64,000 nt of DNA from contig QQVM01000021.1 in NCBI GenBank assembly GCA_003389385.1, forward strand, positions 7,299 to 71,298, given 5' to 3'. Each line of letters opens with the position of its first letter. The stretch's first letter is position 1. The DNA comes from Bacteroidota bacterium. GTDB taxonomy: Bacteria; Bacteroidota; Bacteroidia; AKYH767-A; 2013-40CM-41-45. The notes below the pieces were generated by a model, which saw nothing but the letters and a program-made list of their open reading frames with translations, made no database searches and was not told where the DNA came from. Positions 51,001 through 58,774 of the stretch are shown in pieces. A program made the position numbers and the translations under genes.

Positions 51001-52765
51001 GAACACTGATGTCGCCAGAGTTATTGTGAATCCAGTTCCTGTAGCGAATGCAGGTCCTGATCAGAGCATATGTTTCGGAGAAAATACAACTTTATTTGCC
51101 GCCGGTGTTGGCAATTATACCTGGACTCCTGGAAATTCCAATTCTGCAAGCTTTAATGTGAGTCCTGCAGTAACAACCACCTATCAATTGCATGTTGTGA
51201 ACGCATTCGGTTGCGAAGATTTTGATGATGTTACAGTACAGGTTAACCCCATTCCGGTTTCGGCCTTTACTTCAAGCGGACCAGTTTGTCAGGGTAATCC
51301 GGTATCTTTTACAGATGTTTCGACAGTCAGCTCAGGAAGCATAACTTCATGGTCTTGGGATCTTGGTAGCGGAGTGGTGAGCACAATACAAAACCCTTCA
51401 TTACCTTATAATACAGCAGGTATTTTCAATATTCAGCTAATTGTTACTACAGATGCAGGTTGTAAGGATACAATCTTGAACCCGCTTACCATTTGGGCAA
51501 CACCGGTTGCCTCCTTCACAAACACCAATGTCTGCGAGGGAAATCCGATACAGTTTAGTAATACGTCCACAATTTCTGATGGTACCAGCTTGATTTACTC
51601 ATGGAACATGGGTGACAATTCCGGCACTTCCAACTCCGCATCTCCTTCATATCAATATTCTGTTTACGGATCTTATCCGGCAACCTTGTCAGTCAGTTCA
51701 GTAAATGGCTGCTCAGACCAAATAACCCGTATCGTCAATGTCTTTCCTTTGCCAACTGCGGCTCTCACACATACTTTTGCCTGTGAAGACAGTCCTGCTC
51801 AGTTTCAGGATATGTCCACTGTTCCTGCAGGAAATATTAGTTCATGGTATTGGACTTTTGGAGACGGATCTATCGGCACTTTCCAAAATCCTCAACACAC
51901 CTATAACGACCCGGGCTATTATCCGATCACATTACTTGTAAGTACTAATAATGGTTGTCAGGATATGGCAAATTCAGTTATCAGAATTGCTCCACGACCT
52001 GTGTCGGATTTCAGCACTCAAAATGTATGCTTCGGGGAGTTTACTGCACTCACAGATTTGTCTTATCCTGTCACAGGCAGCATTACCCAATACAGTTGGA
52101 GCTTTGGAGACGGAAACACATCCTCTGATCAGGATCCTGTGCATTTTTATAATTCTCCAGGTTGGTATCAGGTTTCTCTTACCGTGACCTCCGATAGTGG
52201 TTGTGTAACCACTCTGACAAGACCGAATGCTGTGCAGATTTACAGGCCTCCTACAGCTTTGTTCTCAAGCAGCGATGCTCAGGCCAGCGATATTTATCCG
52301 CTGATTAATTTCTATAATGAGACAGGTTCGCTTGGTACTTATCAGTGGGATTTCGGTGATGGCACTACAGCGACGGATTACTCGCCAACTCATATGTATC
52401 CTGATGTGGGAACTTATGTAGTCCGCCTTATCACAGTTGATTTGAATGGCTGTGTGGATACTGTTTATCGTACAGTTGAGATTAAGCCTAGCTCAACAAC
52501 CTATATACCCAATGCGTTTACTCCCAATGGAGATAAGAAAAATGACATGTTTAGGGTTTATACACATAATGTCACTCAACTTGAAGCACAAATTTTTGAC
52601 CGTTGGGGACTCAAGGTCTTTGAATGGGATAATCTGGAAGGCGGCTGGGACGGAAGGGTAGAGGGAAATCCTGCTCAAGCTGATGTGTACATTTATCGGG
52701 TTACGACCACTGATGTGAACAGCAAGCGGGAAGTTTACATCGGCCACGTCAGTCTCGTCAGATAA
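48029..52765 (+). CDS. T9SS type-B cargo protein with PKD and Ig-like repeats
   Basis: Signal peptide, Cys-rich N-domain (SHAMGADLTY..., YRDC, CCRN), about 8 PKD repeats (W.W.FGD...NP.H.Y), about 6 AG.D..IC Ig-like repeats, C-terminal YIPNAFTPNGD..ND.F...WDG...Y.Y. Confidence 0.9.
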   Translation: MIKVTYNFVRFLIILIMAIVVHNNEVRASHAMGADLTYACVGGNPNQYLLTYSFYRDCDGISAPSSVTISYTSSCFGGGSVTLNPTPSSPTHITPVCPTALTTCNGGTFTGIEEWIYTGTVTLPGPCADWRFSFSHCCRNGAITTINAPTADNIYVYSLLNNTMGCNNSPTFGNRPVPFACVGQRFCFNHGANDQDGDSITYQLITPFSGATTTVTYTAPYSSTQPVRSNPPVSFNPITGDICMVPTQTDVTVFAVLVSEYRNGVLIGQVERDIQLTINNCNNFLPLLTGINGLPSFTMSACANTPINFWFRSIDADVPNTTRITWDFAIPGGTLTTTGGNRDTAYFSWTPTTAQISNSPYCFTATVEDDNCPYLGVNVYSYCITVCGLDANAGIDQVVNCGATANLSGSATGNCSSNYTYTWNPGGVSGQNLNGVGVGTYQLIVSNNVCSDTDYVDVLPGPGVPVANFNFTTNCSSTQVPFSDQSVATGVNITQWSWNFGDNNTSNQQNPTHTYAANGTYNVTLIVTTATGCQDTIMQQVTVSTNVPNAVFSSPAVCNGTAMNFSDLSTGGQIVAWSWNFGDPGSGANNTSNAQNPSHTFTGAGTFPVSLQVTNAAGCSTTVQQNVTVNANPTVFVADAQICIGSSTNLTAPAGFSNYNWNPGGALQTITVSPVVNSSYTITVTDANNCQGSHTVNVTVNPLPLADAGQDQTICAGTNATLTASAGGATYVWNPGNLNGQSVSVSPASTQIYTLTVTSAAGCVNTDQITINVNPMPLVEAGDDLAICKGESATLTAIGAGNIIWTPGPINGASITVSPLVTTTYTVTISDGIGCTGTDAVTLIVNEIPVADFSNSAPVCQGNIVTFNDISTIPVGTITNWLWDFGNGQSSNQRNPQNTYVASGNFNVQLIVTSNGGCKDTTVQLIVINPIPAVDAGADANICPGFNATLTAAPANQYLWTPGNFITQSITISPAATTDYTLTVTDVNGCQNTDVARVIVNPVPVANAGPDQSICFGENTTLFAAGVGNYTWTPGNSNSASFNVSPAVTTTYQLHVVNAFGCEDFDDVTVQVNPIPVSAFTSSGPVCQGNPVSFTDVSTVSSGSITSWSWDLGSGVVSTIQNPSLPYNTAGIFNIQLIVTTDAGCKDTILNPLTIWATPVASFTNTNVCEGNPIQFSNTSTISDGTSLIYSWNMGDNSGTSNSASPSYQYSVYGSYPATLSVSSVNGCSDQITRIVNVFPLPTAALTHTFACEDSPAQFQDMSTVPAGNISSWYWTFGDGSIGTFQNPQHTYNDPGYYPITLLVSTNNGCQDMANSVIRIAPRPVSDFSTQNVCFGEFTALTDLSYPVTGSITQYSWSFGDGNTSSDQDPVHFYNSPGWYQVSLTVTSDSGCVTTLTRPNAVQIYRPPTALFSSSDAQASDIYPLINFYNETGSLGTYQWDFGDGTTATDYSPTHMYPDVGTYVVRLITVDLNGCVDTVYRTVEIKPSSTTYIPNAFTPNGDKKNDMFRVYTHNVTQLEAQIFDRWGLKVFEWDNLEGGWDGRVEGNPAQADVYIYRVTTTDVNSKREVYIGHVSLVR

Positions 52766-52783
52766 ATCCAAATACGAATTGTT

Positions 52784-52808
52784 AAAGCCGGCGCAAGCCG
52801 GCTTTTTT
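52784..52808 (+). terminator. Intrinsic terminator
   Basis: AAAGCCGGC-GCAA-GCCGGCTTTTTT perfect stem with a GNRA loop. Confidence 0.88.
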
Positions 52809-52871
52809 ATGTTGTTGATAACTGTGCTGATAAGTAGGTCCATCCGGACCTTACTTTTTTTTATGCCCCTC

Positions 52872-52879
52872 TAACTTTG
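52872..52879 (+). promoter_or_regulatory. -7 promoter box of the oxoamine synthase gene
   Basis: TAACTTTG exact consensus match, implying a 5' UTR of about 65 nt. Confidence 0.7.
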
Positions 52880-52898
52880 TGAGAGAATCATTCGTATC

Positions 52899-52945
52899 AG
52901 GGTGACATCACAACGCGGGTAGAACTACCCCCTTAACCGACCCCT
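52899..52945 (+). ncRNA. Candidate structured cis-regulatory 5' leader
   Basis: Outer GGGT/ACCC pairing, inner GGGTA-GAAC-TACCC hairpin, A/C-rich joining strands; ends just before ATG 52949. Confidence 0.4.
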
Positions 52946-52948
52946 TCT

Positions 52949-54220
52949 ATGTCCAGTATTAAAACCAAACATGATCAGGTTTTAGAAATTGTAAACCAGG
53001 TTGCGACAATTGCTGCAAAACTTGGCATTGTTCACAACAACACCGATGATGGCATTCTGGACGGAAGACATATCAGCATTAAAGGGAATAAACTCCTCTA
53101 TTTTGGCAGCTGCGGATATCTCGGACTAGAACATGACGCAAGACTCAAACAAGGAGCGATTGATGCCATTCAAAAATATGGTACGCAGTTTTCTTCTTCA
53201 AGAGCTTATGTTTCATCTTCTTATTATCAGGAATCCGAACATTTATTGAGCACAATGTTTGGGGGAAGGCCATTGCTATTACTTCAGTCACTCACGGTTG
53301 GTCATATGTCCAATATACCAATATTGGTAGGCAGTGACGATGCCGTAATTATGGATTCCCAGGTGCATGATTCAGTTCAGACTGCAGTGCAGTTTCTCAA
53401 AAACAGGGATATTCATGTTGAGTTAGTAAGGCATAACCGAATTGACATGCTCGAGAGTAGAATTAAAGCTCTTAAAAATGATTACCATAAAATCTGGTAT
53501 ATGGCCGACGGGGTATATTCCATGCAGGGTGATTATGCACCAATTAAAGATTTGTTCCGTCTTGCTGACCAGTATGAACAATTGTATCTGTATATTGATG
53601 ATATCCATGGAATGAGCTGGGCAGGACCAAACGGAACAGGGTACGCATTGTCTCAAGGAGATTATCATCCGAAGTTATATCTGACTACCGGTCTTACAAA
53701 AGCATTCGGAACTGCCGGAGGTTTGTTGATTTATCCTGAAGAGTCAAGTTACAATCTTGTCAAGAATACAAGCAAAGCATTCATATTTTCTATTCAGATG
53801 CCTCCGATGGTTCTGGGCGCAAGCATTGCTTCTGCTAAAATTCATCTCAGCGATGAAATTTATACTTTTCAAAAAGAACTTAAAGATAAGGTGTTATTCT
53901 TTAACAGCACTGCGAAAAAATTGGGTCTGCCTCTGATTAATGAAACTGATTCTCCGATTGGTTTCATTGGAGTTGGGAAACCTGATGTGGGTTACAACAT
54001 GGTTCGAAGAATGATGAATCATGGATATTATTTTAACCTGAGCGTCTTCCCGTCTGTTTCTTATAATAATACTGGATTGCGTATTCCTTTAAACAGAATG
54101 CATACTTACCAGGACATTGAAAATCTTCTGAACGAAATTGCAATTCAGTTGCCTATGGCGCTCGAAGATTCTCATTCAAGTATGTCAGACATCATCAAGC
54201 ATTTCAAATTGGTCGCATGA
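52949..54220 (+). CDS. Alpha-oxoamine synthase family PLP enzyme (AONS/KBL/SPT/CqsA fold), substrate unknown
   Basis: FGSCGYLGL, DSQVH, DGVYSMQGD.AP, DDIHG, TKAFG (PLP Lys), C-terminal LRI. Confidence 0.85.
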   Translation: MSSIKTKHDQVLEIVNQVATIAAKLGIVHNNTDDGILDGRHISIKGNKLLYFGSCGYLGLEHDARLKQGAIDAIQKYGTQFSSSRAYVSSSYYQESEHLLSTMFGGRPLLLLQSLTVGHMSNIPILVGSDDAVIMDSQVHDSVQTAVQFLKNRDIHVELVRHNRIDMLESRIKALKNDYHKIWYMADGVYSMQGDYAPIKDLFRLADQYEQLYLYIDDIHGMSWAGPNGTGYALSQGDYHPKLYLTTGLTKAFGTAGGLLIYPEESSYNLVKNTSKAFIFSIQMPPMVLGASIASAKIHLSDEIYTFQKELKDKVLFFNSTAKKLGLPLINETDSPIGFIGVGKPDVGYNMVRRMMNHGYYFNLSVFPSVSYNNTGLRIPLNRMHTYQDIENLLNEIAIQLPMALEDSHSSMSDIIKHFKLVA

Positions 54221-54234
54221 CAAAATGCAGAAAT

Positions 54235-54263
54235 AAAAAAGCTCCTTTAAGGAGCTTTTTTTT
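54235..54263. terminator. Bidirectional terminator
   Basis: AAAAAAGCTCC-TTTAA-GGAGCTTTTTTTT between convergent genes. Confidence 0.88.
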
Positions 54264-54281
54264 ATGGTATTGCTGGTTTAT

Positions 54282-54707
54282 TTAAGGCTGTTCGCAGAGT
54301 TGCCAGAAGTTGTTTAGAATAGCTACGGCCGCAACAAAATTTTCAAATGAGATGGGTTTAATGATATAACCGGCAACGTTATAATTGTATGCTTCGAAAC
54401 GGTCTTTGTCGTCATTTGAAGTTGTCATTACAAAGACGCTGATATTATGCAAATCTTTATCAGATCTGAGTTCCTTCAGAAATTCCAGCCCATTCATTTT
54501 TGGCATATTGATATCCAGAAGAATAATCCTTGGTAAAGGATTGATCTTGGAGACTCCGTTTGTTCCCCGGAGCATGTCAAGAGCTTCAACTCCATTGTGG
54601 GCAATGGAGAGAGGGTTAGAGATATTGCTTTTCTTAAATGCTCTCTGAACATTCATACAATCCACTTCATCATCATCGACGAGCAGAATATTTACCACTT
54701 TTTCCAT
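54282..54707 (-). CDS. Single-domain response regulator (Rcp1-like receiver)
   Basis: LLVDDD, LLDINMPKMNG (phospho-Asp), MTTS, IKP; no output domain. Confidence 0.92.
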   Translation of the reverse strand: MEKVVNILLVDDDEVDCMNVQRAFKKSNISNPLSIAHNGVEALDMLRGTNGVSKINPLPRIILLDINMPKMNGLEFLKELRSDKDLHNISVFVMTTSNDDKDRFEAYNYNVAGYIIKPISFENFVAAVAILNNFWQLCEQP

Positions 54708-54933
54708 CTGGACAATTTTTCCGTTTTATCTGAAATATTACGATTTAGACCCTGCTTTGTTACAACATGATGAGTTATAAATATTGATCAAACCGTGAAC
54801 TGGATTAACAGGTTGGAAATTGTGCAAGTTGTTGGATTTCATTTAGTTTATAAAAACCGATTCGATGTGTTAAAATGAAACAATATTAGTCTTAATCTTA
54901 CACTTGGGTATCTGAATACTAATAACTGCGTAA

Positions 54934-56346
54934 ATGTCAGCAAAATTGAATCAAGATATTCTGATGAAAAGAATAATCAACGCTATGTTCAGGCGGGAAT
55001 TCTATGAGAGCATTCCTTTTGAAGATCTGTTGTCGAGGCAGAGATTTACATTGTTCCGTATTTTTTCTTATACGGCATTTATTGCGAGCCTGGCATCATC
55101 CATACAAGTTTACTCGGCCTTTCAGGCAATGAATGCTATTTCAATTATTATCGCGCTTTTAGCTGTGGTGATTATTGCGAATTTTTTTCTTGCAAATAAA
55201 ACTGAAAGACTTTCTACCCACTATATGATTTCTACAGTGGCAGGATTTTTTGTAGTTCACATTCAGGCATACAATACCGGTGGAGTTATGAATTCAGGTA
55301 CTATGTATATGTGTGTCCTGATTATGACTGCTTTCATGCTTCTCGGAACAACTGCAGGAAAGTGGTTTACAGCAATGGCAATTCTTAATGTTGGTTTTCT
55401 GTTTTACGCTTCAGAATTCACGGGCCTTACTTCTTATTCTCTGTTTCATGACGATCTTAGTCTGATCAGACAGGATGCATTGTCAACTTTTATACTCGCA
55501 CTCTTCCTTGTCGCCGCTCAGAGTAATTATCTCCATAGCGGAAAGAACGTGATTATTGAACGCATTACTGAACAGAAAAACCAGCTTGAGATAAGTAACC
55601 GTAAATTGCAGGAGTATACATTTCACCTTGAGAAAACTAACAAGGAGCTTGATAAATTCGCTTCAATTGTTTCTCATGATCTAAAAGCTCCGCTGAGGGC
55701 CATTGGTAATCTCACTGGTTGGATAGAGGAAGATTCAATGGAGTCTCTTTCTGATGAGAGCAGGGCCCACTTTAATATGATCAAGCAACGTGTGAAGAGA
55801 ATGGATGACTTGATCGAGGCTATTCTGAGCTATTCAAGAGCTGACCAACATGCAGGCGAAGAAACTATGTTTGATACATTGGAGCTGATTGAAAGTACTG
55901 TTGACTTCATCGGAAGACCATCTCATGCCCAAATCAACATCGGACCTGGAATGCCTGTGATGAAAAGCGATAAAACCAGGTTAGGTCAAGTGTTTTCAAA
56001 CCTGATAGGCAATGCCATTAAATATAATAACAAGGAAACTGCTAAAGTATCTGTGACGGTTAAAGACTGTGGAGAAGGATGGGAATTTTCGGTGAGGGAT
56101 AATGGCCCTGGCATAGAAAAACAGTATCATGAAAAGGTCTTTGTTATATTTCAAACACTCAACAGGAGGGATGATGTAGAAAGTACAGGGGTTGGATTGG
56201 CCATAGTAAAGAAGATTATTGAAGACCAGGGTGGTAAGATTTGGGTAGAATCGGATGGTGAAAATGGATCAGATTTTCGCTTTTTCTGGCCAAAAATTAA
56301 AAAAGAAAAGGATTCTATTCTGATCGCTGCGCCAATAGTTGTGTAA
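54934..56346 (+). CDS. Membrane-bound sensor histidine kinase (about 6 TM)
   Basis: Six hydrophobic segments, coiled coil, H-box SHDLKAPLR, N-box NLIGNAIKY, DNGPGI, TGVGLAIVKKI. Confidence 0.93.
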   Translation: MSAKLNQDILMKRIINAMFRREFYESIPFEDLLSRQRFTLFRIFSYTAFIASLASSIQVYSAFQAMNAISIIIALLAVVIIANFFLANKTERLSTHYMISTVAGFFVVHIQAYNTGGVMNSGTMYMCVLIMTAFMLLGTTAGKWFTAMAILNVGFLFYASEFTGLTSYSLFHDDLSLIRQDALSTFILALFLVAAQSNYLHSGKNVIIERITEQKNQLEISNRKLQEYTFHLEKTNKELDKFASIVSHDLKAPLRAIGNLTGWIEEDSMESLSDESRAHFNMIKQRVKRMDDLIEAILSYSRADQHAGEETMFDTLELIESTVDFIGRPSHAQINIGPGMPVMKSDKTRLGQVFSNLIGNAIKYNNKETAKVSVTVKDCGEGWEFSVRDNGPGIEKQYHEKVFVIFQTLNRRDDVESTGVGLAIVKKIIEDQGGKIWVESDGENGSDFRFFWPKIKKEKDSILIAAPIVV

Positions 56347-56415
56347 GGACTGCCTTCATTTCAATAAACTCTTCCATTTTCACGGAGTTATATTGCACTA
56401 TAAAAAAGAATCTCC

Positions 56416-56757
56416 ATGCAAAAAGTAAACTTTAACAATGAAACACAGGCTTCATCATCCATGAAAGTAATCACGGATATTCAAAGCAAAGCACACATCG
56501 AACAGGAAATCGACAGACATGTAAAAAGCATTCAAAAGCTGATTGCCAGGCTTGGTCTTCCTGAGAGACAAAAATATTATGATGGATTGCTTTCTCACAT
56601 TCTTCACGAAGAGATAAAATACGAACCTGTATCCAGCCTCGCACCAGACCGTAGGAATAATGATTACAGCAGGTTGTCAGCAACGGAACTTAAGCTGATC
56701 AGAGAATTATCTGTTCAGATGGAAAGAATGTACAGAACAGTCGGTGATACAGACTGA
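56416..56757 (+). CDS. Hypothetical protein (113 aa, likely soluble and helical)
   Basis: Clean ATG ORF between the kinase and a terminator; no recognised motif. Confidence 0.7.
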   Translation: MQKVNFNNETQASSSMKVITDIQSKAHIEQEIDRHVKSIQKLIARLGLPERQKYYDGLLSHILHEEIKYEPVSSLAPDRRNNDYSRLSATELKLIRELSVQMERMYRTVGDTD

Positions 56758-56776
56758 TTCTGGAACAATGATAATG

Positions 56777-56814
56777 AAACGCGCTTCGGAAGCAATTCTG
56801 CAGCGCGTTTTTTT
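56777..56814 (+). terminator. Intrinsic terminator
   Basis: AAACGCGCT...AGCGCGTTTTTTT. Confidence 0.75.
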
Positions 56815-56817
56815 ATT

Positions 56818-58575
56818 CTATAGCAATCTTAGTACGGGATATCTCCGAAAACCTTTTTCGAAATATTCTGAGTTTTTGTAAATGAAATAAAGTTGTTCAA
56901 ACGCGTTTTCTCTGACCGTTGGATTTGAGTCCCTGAATTCCTCAAACTTATTTTTCAAGGTTTCGTCAGCTTCCAAAAGTTCTGCCGCCAGATCTTCAAA
57001 TACATAATCGGAAAACCATTCTTTTTGCTGCAGTATAGCGTCAAAAAAGCCCCAGTTAAAATAACTGTCCACAGAAATCGGTTCCAGTGTTTCAATGATA
57101 TATCTGATGCCATCCTGATTCACTGGTATAATAAAGTCGCCAGCTTCAATTTTAACCTTTTCTGTTTTCCTGCTTATTTTAGTATTGCTATGAAGATAGC
57201 GCCCTTCATAAGGAGTTGAAACAGTATTGTAGTCTTCAATATAAGATATTTCAGCGACTACCATGCTGTCACTTTTGATCTCTCCAACAGTTATTCCTGC
57301 GCTTCGCATAATAGGAATGATTTTTTTCCAAGCTTGAGGAACAAGGTAGAATCGAGGAGCTGTAATAGTGTCACTCGCTTTGTAATAAGGATAGAATTTT
57401 ATTTTTTTCTCGTAGGGTGAATTGCGGTCATACAATTGCCTGTTTAATCCGGTTATGCTGCTTTTGACAATTTTATATTCAAAACCTTTGAACAGGATTT
57501 CCTCAAATTTATTTTCATCAAGTTTCCAGTTTACAGGAAAGTGTTTTGAGTTTTTATTTTTTTCAATTGCTGTTTTTCTGAGTGCAGTGATCATCGATTT
57601 TTCTTCAGAGCAAATTTTCACCAGAGACTTTATTAGGTCAAGGGTAGCAGCCAGCCTCTGATCATATGGCTTGAGCATATGGGTTTCTGCAATAAATCCA
57701 ATTGTACTGAATAATGCTGCATATCCGCTGCTGTAACGGGGAGTTTCCAGGAATGCAATAAGACCGCTGTCAGGCGGCAAATTCCATCTCTTTGTGTTCA
57801 CATAGTGCATCATTTCTTGGCCTTTTTCTTTCATGTGCTTAAATAGCCTGGGTGAAAGATGATCATGCAGGTAATCACCCAGGATAGGATAAAGCTTGTT
57901 GTGTTGCGTACTTACCAGAGTCATGGTGTATTGATAATCCGCTCCATTGCTTACATGGGTGTCCAGAAGTACGTCTGGATTCCAGTAATGAAAAAAGTTT
58001 TTCCATGAATCTGTATTGAGCGCATCGGACTTGATAAAGTCACGGTTCAGATCGAGATATTGCCCGTTAGCCCGAAAACCATATTCATCCGGACCATTTT
58101 GATTGACTCTGGAGCAACACCCTCTTTGCATCGAACCTTCTACATTATGTATTGGAATAATGCAGATTATGATACTGTCTGGAATGTCAGCTGCTTTTCC
58201 GGAAAGGAGTTCGCGGGCAAATTGCAAACTGGCATTTACTCCGTCCGGTTCTCCCGCATGTATTCCGTTATTGATCAGAAGCACCAGGTTTTTCTGCTCT
58301 CTGGCTTTTACCGGTGAAAAGTGCTTGCTTTTATCAATCACAAAAACATGCAATGGTTTTCCATTGTCGCATTTTCCTCCTTCAAAAAGTCTGGCATATT
58401 CACTGTTTTTATCAAGCTCTGAATATGCTGTGATTATTTCAGCATAAGTAGGATTCATGCTGTGTAAACTTCTTACCTGATTATTTAAAGCCAGAACAAT
58501 TACAGTTATTATAATCAATGCTTTTATGTGAAAATTAGTCTGAGGCTTTTTATCAAGAAATATTGAAAGAGTCAT
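56818..58575 (-). CDS. M14 family zinc carboxypeptidase-like protein
   Basis: GIHAGE (HxxE), DLNRD, DTH zinc motif; exact start uncertain. Confidence 0.82.
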   Translation of the reverse strand: MTLSIFLDKKPQTNFHIKALIIITVIVLALNNQVRSLHSMNPTYAEIITAYSELDKNSEYARLFEGGKCDNGKPLHVFVIDKSKHFSPVKAREQKNLVLLINNGIHAGEPDGVNASLQFARELLSGKAADIPDSIIICIIPIHNVEGSMQRGCCSRVNQNGPDEYGFRANGQYLDLNRDFIKSDALNTDSWKNFFHYWNPDVLLDTHVSNGADYQYTMTLVSTQHNKLYPILGDYLHDHLSPRLFKHMKEKGQEMMHYVNTKRWNLPPDSGLIAFLETPRYSSGYAALFSTIGFIAETHMLKPYDQRLAATLDLIKSLVKICSEEKSMITALRKTAIEKNKNSKHFPVNWKLDENKFEEILFKGFEYKIVKSSITGLNRQLYDRNSPYEKKIKFYPYYKASDTITAPRFYLVPQAWKKIIPIMRSAGITVGEIKSDSMVVAEISYIEDYNTVSTPYEGRYLHSNTKISRKTEKVKIEAGDFIIPVNQDGIRYIIETLEPISVDSYFNWGFFDAILQQKEWFSDYVFEDLAAELLEADETLKNKFEEFRDSNPTVRENAFEQLYFIYKNSEYFEKGFRRYPVLRLL

Positions 58576-58774
58576 TGTTTTTTTCTTAATTCTTTGATTT
58601 GAGCCGGGATATGGCTCTGATTTTATAAATACTTATTATTGCAGTATATATCAGCTTAATTGCCCATTGATTTAACCATCAGAAATGGCTAATTCTTAGA
58701 AGATAAATTTAATTTATTTTTCTTTTTTATCTTCGACATCCCGATTTATAATTCAACTACCCAATCCTTCAAAC

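Noticed and set aside
49200-52500. Repetitive DNA in the large gene as CRISPR or DGR repeats
   Set aside because: The repeats are degenerate protein-domain repeats; there are no fixed repeat-spacer units, cas genes or reverse transcriptase
52949-54220. Assigning bioF, kbl, spt or cqsA as the gene symbol
   Set aside because: The fold is clear, but specificity cannot be determined from motifs alone
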